Below, piece after piece: positions 35,716 through 41,259 of a stretch of 41,259 nucleotides of DNA. A program made the position numbers and the translations under genes. This DNA comes from Candidatus Krumholzibacteriia bacterium (GTDB lineage: Bacteria; Krumholzibacteriota; Krumholzibacteriia; LZORAL124-64-63): assembly GCA_036351155.1 (NCBI GenBank), contig JAZBOO010000104.1, positions 1 to 41,259 of the forward strand, in the 5' to 3' direction. How positions within the stretch are numbered: the first letter of the stretch is position 1; each line of letters begins with the position of its first letter. The notes under the pieces were generated by a model. That model did not search any database. It was not told the origin of the DNA and saw only the letters and a list, made by a program, of their open reading frames with translations.

Positions 35716-36919
35716 AAGCCAAGGGATGCGGCCCTGGCCTGGTGACCTCAAGGTGGCCCTGGTTCATGACTGGCTGACCGGCATGCGGGGCGGCGAGAAG
35801 TGCCTCGAGGTGTTCGCGGAGATCTTTCCCCAGGCCGACATCTTCACCCTGTTGCACGTTCCCGGGTCTCTCTCCGCCACCCTCGAAAGCCGGCGCATCA
35901 CCACGTCCTTCGTCCAGAAAATACCCGCGGCTCCCCGGGTCTACCGCTGGGCTCTCCCTCTTTTTCCGCGTGCCATCGAGGGACTGGATCTCTCCGGGTA
36001 TGATCTGGTTTTTTCGAGCAGCCACTGTGTGGCCAAGGGCGCGATAAAAAGCCCCGGGGCTCTGTCGGTTTGCTACTGTCACACGCCCATGCGTTACGTC
36101 TGGGACATGTTCCCGGCCTACTTCGGTCACAAGCCTGCGCTGGTCCGGAAAGTGATTGGCTGGCAGGCGGCCCGCTTGCGCCACTGGGACCGCCGCACGT
36201 CTGCCCGCGTGGATCACTATCTGGCCAACTCCCGGGTGGTCCGGCAAAGAATCCTCGATTTTTATGGCACCCCCGAGGACAAGGTGAGTATCATTCATCC
36301 CCCCGTGGAGGTGGACCGCTTTCAGGACGCCGGGCAGCTGCCGGTCCCCGACGGGCTGGCCACCGGGAGTTATGACCTGGTGGTGTCGGCCCTGGTTCCC
36401 TACAAAAAGGTGGATCTGGCCGTGGCCGCCGCGCGCCGAGCGGGGCGCACCCTGGTGGTGGTGGGCAAGGGACCGGAAAAAGATCGGCTGGAAAAGCTGG
36501 CGGCCGCCACCGCTGGCCGTGGCCGCGTCCATTTTGCCGGCGCGGTCTCGGATGCCGACCTGCCCCGGTACTATGCCCATTGCCGCAGCTTCGTGTTTCC
36601 CGGACTCGAAGATTTCGGCATCACACCCCTGGAAGCCACCGCCGCGGGACGTCCCGTGGTGGCCTTCGGCCAGGGCGGGGTGCTGGATACGGTGCAGGAA
36701 AATCTGAACGGCATCCTGTTTTTCGAGCAAACGGTGGAAGCCCTGGCCAGGGCACTGGAAGATCCCCGCCTGGACGGACCCTGGGACCGCGACGCCATGC
36801 GCGCTCATGCCCGGTCCTTCCGTACGGAACGGTTTCGCGCCGAGATCGAGAATACGCTGCGCCAGTTATGGGACCGACACGTGTCGCGGGCCGACGAGGA
36901 CAAAGGAGGGAGACCTTGA
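35708..36919 (+). CDS. GT4 family glycosyltransferase
   Basis: VHDWLTGMRGGEK, SSHCVAKG, YCHTPMRY.WD, EDFGI.PLEA.A.G.PV. Confidence 0.92.
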   Translation: MTESQGMRPWPGDLKVALVHDWLTGMRGGEKCLEVFAEIFPQADIFTLLHVPGSLSATLESRRITTSFVQKIPAAPRVYRWALPLFPRAIEGLDLSGYDLVFSSSHCVAKGAIKSPGALSVCYCHTPMRYVWDMFPAYFGHKPALVRKVIGWQAARLRHWDRRTSARVDHYLANSRVVRQRILDFYGTPEDKVSIIHPPVEVDRFQDAGQLPVPDGLATGSYDLVVSALVPYKKVDLAVAAARRAGRTLVVVGKGPEKDRLEKLAAATAGRGRVHFAGAVSDADLPRYYAHCRSFVFPGLEDFGITPLEATAAGRPVVAFGQGGVLDTVQENLNGILFFEQTVEALARALEDPRLDGPWDRDAMRAHARSFRTERFRAEIENTLRQLWDRHVSRADEDKGGRP

Positions 36920-38400
36920 CCGCTTCGGGCCAGGGACGGACCAAAACCATCGAGGCCATTCTGCTGATCGTCATCGACATGATGATGCTGCAGACCGCCT
37001 TCCTGCTGACCTACTGGGTGCGCTTTTACAGCGGCATCTGGCTGGTGCCTCTCGGCATTCCACCTCTGAGCGTCTACCTCGGGGCGGGCCTGGTGATCCT
37101 GCTGGTCTTCTTCGCCATTTTCTACATGGGGGGGATGTACACCAACCGTGGCGGCCGCGGGCTGGAGGATGACCTGCTGGGGCTTTTCAAGGGCGTGGTG
37201 CTGGGCAGTTTGCTGGTCCTGGCCCTGGCCTTCTTTTTGCGTAATCTGACCTTCAGCCGGTCCTTCTTCGGATTGTTCTTCCTCAGCACTTTCGGGTTCC
37301 TCACCCTGGGACGCATTCTGGCCCGTTTTATTTTCCGGACCATCGTGAAGCAGGGTTTGCGGCGCACCCAGACGTTGCTGGTGGGGGTCAGTCCCATGAG
37401 GGGGCGCATCCTTCGGTTGATCCGGGATCTGCCCGGCCTGCTGCTGGAACCGGTGGGCTGGGTGGAGGTCCCCGGCGATTCCCCGCCCCGTGCGGACCTC
37501 GCAGATGGCCAGGAGGAAGGCTCGGTGCTCGACGCTGACGGCCAGCACCGGGATACCCGCCTGGCCGAGGACCTGCCCTGTCTGGGGCAGGTGGCGGATA
37601 TCCGGGACATCGTGCTTGAGCACGGAGTGGATCTGGTGTTGCTGACGGTCAGCTTCGATCAGTTGCCCCTGGTCAAGAAGGTGGCGGCCAAGCTGTCCAA
37701 CCTGAACGTCGATCTCCACTTCGTTCCCGACCTCCTGGCGCTGCATACCAGTCGCATGCGGCTCAAGGAGATCGGTGGGTTGCCGTTCATCTCGGTCCGT
37801 GAAGAGGCTCTCAGCGGGGTGGATCGGATCGTGAAGCGGACGTTCGACCTGGTGGCCAGCGGCCTGGGTCTGCTTTTACTGTTGCCCTTTCTGCTGATCA
37901 TTCTCGTGCTGGTCAAGCTGTCCAGTCCTGGTCCTGTTTTTTACCGGCAGGAAAGGGTGGGGCGCGACGGTCGGGAGTTCTCCATGGTCAAGTTCCGGAC
38001 CATGCGGACCGACGCCGAGGTGAAAAGCGGGCCCACCTGGACCACGGAGGACGATCCGCGGGTGACGGGCATCGGGCGCATCTTGCGCAGATTCAGCCTG
38101 GACGAGTTTCCTCAGCTGTGGAATGTTCTGCGCGGAGACATGAGCCTGGTGGGCCCCCGACCCGAACGCAAGGTCTTCGTGGAAAAGTTTTCGCAGGAGA
38201 TGCCCCGGTACTTCGAGCGCCATCGCGTGCAGAGTGGATTGACCGGCTGGGCCCAGGTGCATGGTCTGCGAGGAAACACCAGCATCACCGAGCGCACGCT
38301 CTATGATCTGCACTATGTCGAGAACTGGTCACTGGTCCTGGACGTCAAGATCCTGCTGATGACCGTCCACCATGTCCTGCGGGGAGAGAACGCCTACTGA
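36916..38400 (+). CDS. Undecaprenyl-phosphate glucose phosphotransferase (WcaJ-like)
   Basis: TTG 36916 after AAGGAGG; N-terminal TM helices; KRTFD, KFRTM, DPRVT..G..LRRFSLDEFPQLWNVLRGDMSLVGPRPE, GLTGWAQV. Confidence 0.92.
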   Translation: MTASGQGRTKTIEAILLIVIDMMMLQTAFLLTYWVRFYSGIWLVPLGIPPLSVYLGAGLVILLVFFAIFYMGGMYTNRGGRGLEDDLLGLFKGVVLGSLLVLALAFFLRNLTFSRSFFGLFFLSTFGFLTLGRILARFIFRTIVKQGLRRTQTLLVGVSPMRGRILRLIRDLPGLLLEPVGWVEVPGDSPPRADLADGQEEGSVLDADGQHRDTRLAEDLPCLGQVADIRDIVLEHGVDLVLLTVSFDQLPLVKKVAAKLSNLNVDLHFVPDLLALHTSRMRLKEIGGLPFISVREEALSGVDRIVKRTFDLVASGLGLLLLLPFLLIILVLVKLSSPGPVFYRQERVGRDGREFSMVKFRTMRTDAEVKSGPTWTTEDDPRVTGIGRILRRFSLDEFPQLWNVLRGDMSLVGPRPERKVFVEKFSQEMPRYFERHRVQSGLTGWAQVHGLRGNTSITERTLYDLHYVENWSLVLDVKILLMTVHHVLRGENAY

Positions 38401-39290
38401 TGAGCACCGCAACCGCTTTTTTCCTGAACCTCCGGCCTCGGCAATGGACGAAGAATTTGCTTCTGTTCGCCGGGGTCATTTTTGCCCGCAAGCTGGGGGA
38501 CAGCGCCTGTGTTCTGCATGCGGCGCTGGGAGTGGGGGTTTTCTGTCTGGCTTCGGGTGTGGTCTACGTATTCAACGACATCGCCGATGTGGAGCTGGAT
38601 CGACGTCACCCGTACAAGCGCAACAGACCCATCGCTTCGGGTCGGTTGCCGGTGCCCACGGCGGTGCGGTGGGGGCTGATCCTGTTCCTGCTGGTCCTGG
38701 GCGCGAGCTACCTGCTGGGTCCGCTGTTTCTGGCCGGAGTGAGCGTGTTTTTTCTGTGGAACTGGCTGTACACGCGCCAGCTGAAGAAAGTCCCCATCCT
38801 GGATGTGACGGGAATCGGCATGAGCTTCGTGATCCGCGCCACCAGCGGCGTGCTGGTCCTGTTGCCGGTTTGTCCGGGGGTCACCATTTCGCCCTGGTTG
38901 CTGTTCTGTACGTTCTTCCTCAGCATGTTCCTGGGCTTTGCCAAGCGCCGGGATGAACTTTTGAAAATCCAGCCGGAACAGGGAGAGACGCGGCCCGTAT
39001 TACGAGGATACACCGAACCCATGGTCAACGCCCTGATCGGGATCAGTCTGGCCATGACCACGATGATGTACGCCATGTACACCATCTGGCCGGCAACCGT
39101 GGCTCATTTCGGCACCCGTGATCTGATGTTCACCATCCCCTTCGTGCTGGCCGGCATGGGCCGGTACACGTATCTGGTGTACAGGGAAGCGCGGGGGGGG
39201 AAGCCCCATGAGATCCTGCTGAATGATTTTGCCCTGCAGGTGATCGTGATCGGTTGGATCGGATCGGCCATCTACATCATCGGGATTTGA
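38400..39290 (+). CDS. UbiA-family polyprenyl-phosphate phosphoribosyltransferase (DPPR synthase-like)
   Basis: LRPRQWTKN, YVFND..D.ELDR.HP.KR.RPIASG, LK...LDV, KRR.EL, R.VL..Y; multiple TM helices. Confidence 0.85.
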   Translation: MSTATAFFLNLRPRQWTKNLLLFAGVIFARKLGDSACVLHAALGVGVFCLASGVVYVFNDIADVELDRRHPYKRNRPIASGRLPVPTAVRWGLILFLLVLGASYLLGPLFLAGVSVFFLWNWLYTRQLKKVPILDVTGIGMSFVIRATSGVLVLLPVCPGVTISPWLLFCTFFLSMFLGFAKRRDELLKIQPEQGETRPVLRGYTEPMVNALIGISLAMTTMMYAMYTIWPATVAHFGTRDLMFTIPFVLAGMGRYTYLVYREARGGKPHEILLNDFALQVIVIGWIGSAIYIIGI

Positions 39291-39305
39291 AGAAGGAAAG
39301 TTGTC

Positions 39306-40238
39306 ATGTCTTCCATTGTCGCCATTGTCGAAACGCGGCCGGAAACGGTGAGGGAAGATTACGCGCGGGCTCTGGAGCTGGCCGGAGGAGTTCTCGATCC
39401 GGAATCCACCCCCTTGCTGTGTACGAGCGGCCGCAGCCGGAATTTTCGGCCGGGGTTTGGCACCGCGCCCTGGCAACTGGACGCTGTGGCGGATTTCTGG
39501 AAGACCGGCGGCGACGAGCCGGCCGCGTTTTCCCATCTGGATACAGGGCAAACGGACGCGCAGGCACTGGTTCCTGTCCGCTCGGGATTGACCTTGCCCG
39601 CCCTGGGTGCCTGTGTGACCGGGGGCTTTCACCTGCCCGCCGATCTTCTGCAATGCCCGCTGGTTTTGCTGCCGGTGCCCCGGCTGAATGCGGAATGGAT
39701 GATCGAGGGAGCCGTGGCTCAGGTGGTGAGCCTGATGGCGGGGCAGCTGCGTCGTCCGAAACGGATTCCCTTCGCGGAAATGGTGGCCGAAGCTTTTGCC
39801 CTGGTCTGGGAACAGGCAGGGCCCTTGTGTGTGGCCATGGATGGGGTGGCCTGGGGCATCCGGCGCCAGGATGGTCATCCCCATGCCCTGCTGCGCAACG
39901 TGATCTTGACCGGGGATGATCCCGTGGCGGTGGATGCCACGGCTGCTCGGCTGGCCGGGCTGGATCCCCGGAGGATCCCCTGGCTGCAGCTGTGCCAGGA
40001 CCGCAGGCTGGGGTGGATCGACCCGCAGAAAATCCAGGTCCGGGGACGAAAAGACCTGCTGGATCTTGACTTCCAGCTACCGGAGGGCACCTTTACCCCC
40101 GTTCGGTCAGCCGGGACTATCCTGTCCTGGCCCGGACGAGCCCTGGGCCGACTGGGGCGCCGCAGGCAGAACGAGGCCCTGGCCGGATCTGCCTGGGGAC
40201 GACTCCTGGATTCCTATTCCGAGAAAGTGACACCATGA
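39306..40238 (+). CDS. DUF362-like protein (divergent)
   Basis: T.PETV.EDY, T.PWQL and C-terminal N.IL...DPVAVDA..ARL.G.DP..IP.L pattern. Confidence 0.65.
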   Translation: MSSIVAIVETRPETVREDYARALELAGGVLDPESTPLLCTSGRSRNFRPGFGTAPWQLDAVADFWKTGGDEPAAFSHLDTGQTDAQALVPVRSGLTLPALGACVTGGFHLPADLLQCPLVLLPVPRLNAEWMIEGAVAQVVSLMAGQLRRPKRIPFAEMVAEAFALVWEQAGPLCVAMDGVAWGIRRQDGHPHALLRNVILTGDDPVAVDATAARLAGLDPRRIPWLQLCQDRRLGWIDPQKIQVRGRKDLLDLDFQLPEGTFTPVRSAGTILSWPGRALGRLGRRRQNEALAGSAWGRLLDSYSEKVTP

Positions 40239-41179
40239 GCATGGACGGCTATGTGCAGGGCAGGAAAGCGGTCAACCGGACGGTCGTGGCCCAGGCACCG
40301 GCCAAGGTGAACCTCCATCTGGAGATTCTCCGTCAGCGTCACGACGGCTATCACGAGATTGAAACCGTGTTCCAGGCCGTGGCCCTGTTCGACGAGGTGC
40401 GCGTGACCCTGGCCGACCAGTACCCGGGCGGAGAGCCCGACATCCTGGTGACCGTGGAACCAAAGAAGGCCGCTCCGGCCGACGAAACCAACCTGTGCTG
40501 GCAAGCTGCCCGCCATTTCTGCCGGGAAATGAAGCTCTCGGGGCGGATTCTGATCCATCTGGAGAAGAAAATCCCCTCGGCCGCCGGGCTGGGTGGGGGC
40601 AGCAGCGATGCGGCTGCCGTGTTGTTGGCCTGCAATCGGCTTTTCAAGACCGGTCTCGACCTGGGCGAACTGGAGAAGCTGGCCGCGCCCCTGGGGGCCG
40701 ATGTCCCCTTCTTCATCCGCGGCGCCACGGCCATGGGGCGGGGGACGGGAACCCAGTTGACGCCCCTGCCGGCCATCCGGACCGGGCAGTTTCTTATTGT
40801 CAAACCTGGCATGGAGTTAAGGACTTCCGAGGTTTATTCTCATCTCAAAATGGGATTGACAGTCAACAGCGCCAAGGCTAACATCCAGGTCATGAAATCT
40901 ATTTTAGCCCGTTTTCCGCAGAAAACGTGGCCAGGTTTCAATCGGCTTGAAGAGGTGGTGCTGCCCCAGCAGCCTGCTCTGCAACGTTTGGTCCTCGAGT
41001 TACGGGAGTTGGCACCCGTGGCCATGATGTCGGGAAGCGGTTCTGCTGTGGTGGCCGTTTTTCCTGAACGTCAGGATCTTGAAGAGATAGTGGGGGAGTT
41101 CCGAAAAGCCGGTCTGTTCGTGAGTGTCGTCGGCCCGCATGCTGCGGGCCCCGTGATCAGGGATGATCACGGGATCTGA
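40235..41179 (+). CDS. ispE: 4-diphosphocytidyl-2-C-methyl-D-erythritol kinase
   Basis: APAKVNLHL, DGYHEIETVF, KKIP.AAGLGGGSSDAA, LGADVPFF, MSGSGS. Confidence 0.97.
   Translation: MSMDGYVQGRKAVNRTVVAQAPAKVNLHLEILRQRHDGYHEIETVFQAVALFDEVRVTLADQYPGGEPDILVTVEPKKAAPADETNLCWQAARHFCREMKLSGRILIHLEKKIPSAAGLGGGSSDAAAVLLACNRLFKTGLDLGELEKLAAPLGADVPFFIRGATAMGRGTGTQLTPLPAIRTGQFLIVKPGMELRTSEVYSHLKMGLTVNSAKANIQVMKSILARFPQKTWPGFNRLEEVVLPQQPALQRLVLELRELAPVAMMSGSGSAVVAVFPERQDLEEIVGEFRKAGLFVSVVGPHAAGPVIRDDHGI
40856..40884 (+). promoter_or_regulatory. Internal sigma70 promoter inside ispE, facing spoVG
   Basis: TTGACA (40856-40861), 17 nt, TAACAT (40879-40884) in a locally AT-rich stretch. Confidence 0.65.
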
Positions 41180-41227
41180 CGATCAAGGCGCAGACATCTC
41201 GTGCTCGCCATGGAAAGAGGGAGAACC

Positions 41228-41259
41228 TTGGATATTTCGGAAATCAGGATCACGTTGCG
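41228..41259 (+). CDS. spoVG: SpoVG family nucleic-acid-binding protein, N-terminus only (truncated by window end)
   Basis: TTG start after AGAGGGAG; MDISEIRITLR matches the SpoVG N-terminal pattern (M.ITEVRI); ispE-spoVG is a common gene order. Confidence 0.65.
   Translation, partial: MDISEIRITL

Overview
A GC-rich bacterial chromosome segment, mostly core genes. It carries a T9SS/FlgD-type C-terminal-domain protein, a FadL-like barrel, mglBA after recR and ispE-spoVG. This suggests an uncultured FCB-related diderm such as a Krumholzibacteriota/Latescibacterota-like lineage; that placement is inference only. Order: PD40/TolB-like lipoprotein, AT-richer FGE-sulfatase lipoprotein, tRNA-Glu(-), M20 dipeptidase(-), a 56-aa bacterial histone-fold gene, comM/yifB, a beta-barrel OMP(-), an FG-GAP protein with sorting CTD, murB(-), tonB-like/exbB/exbD/lipoprotein/FadL-like barrel/TPR/mnmA/asmA, tRNA-Ser-Ser-Arg, SpoIVB-like S55 peptidase plus a propeller/FN3 protein, tadA, tRNA-Ser-Ser-Ala, SRP RNA, a pair of inverted hairpin repeat elements, dnaX-ybaB-recR, mglBA, pgpA-cinA-thpR-recA-recX, a glycan cluster (rmlD, gmhA, GT4, WcaJ-like, UbiA/DPPR synthase, degenerate DUF362), ispE and the start of spoVG. 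The best leads are (1) the stand-alone short histone gene with good expression signals (4343-4513), (2) two inverted copies of a conserved ~75-nt core, each inside its own unrelated long stem, between ffs and dnaX, and (3) a translationally coupled ExbBD motor operon with a lipoprotein and FadL-like barrel but no TonB-dependent receptor. I found no CRISPR array, integrase or transposase.
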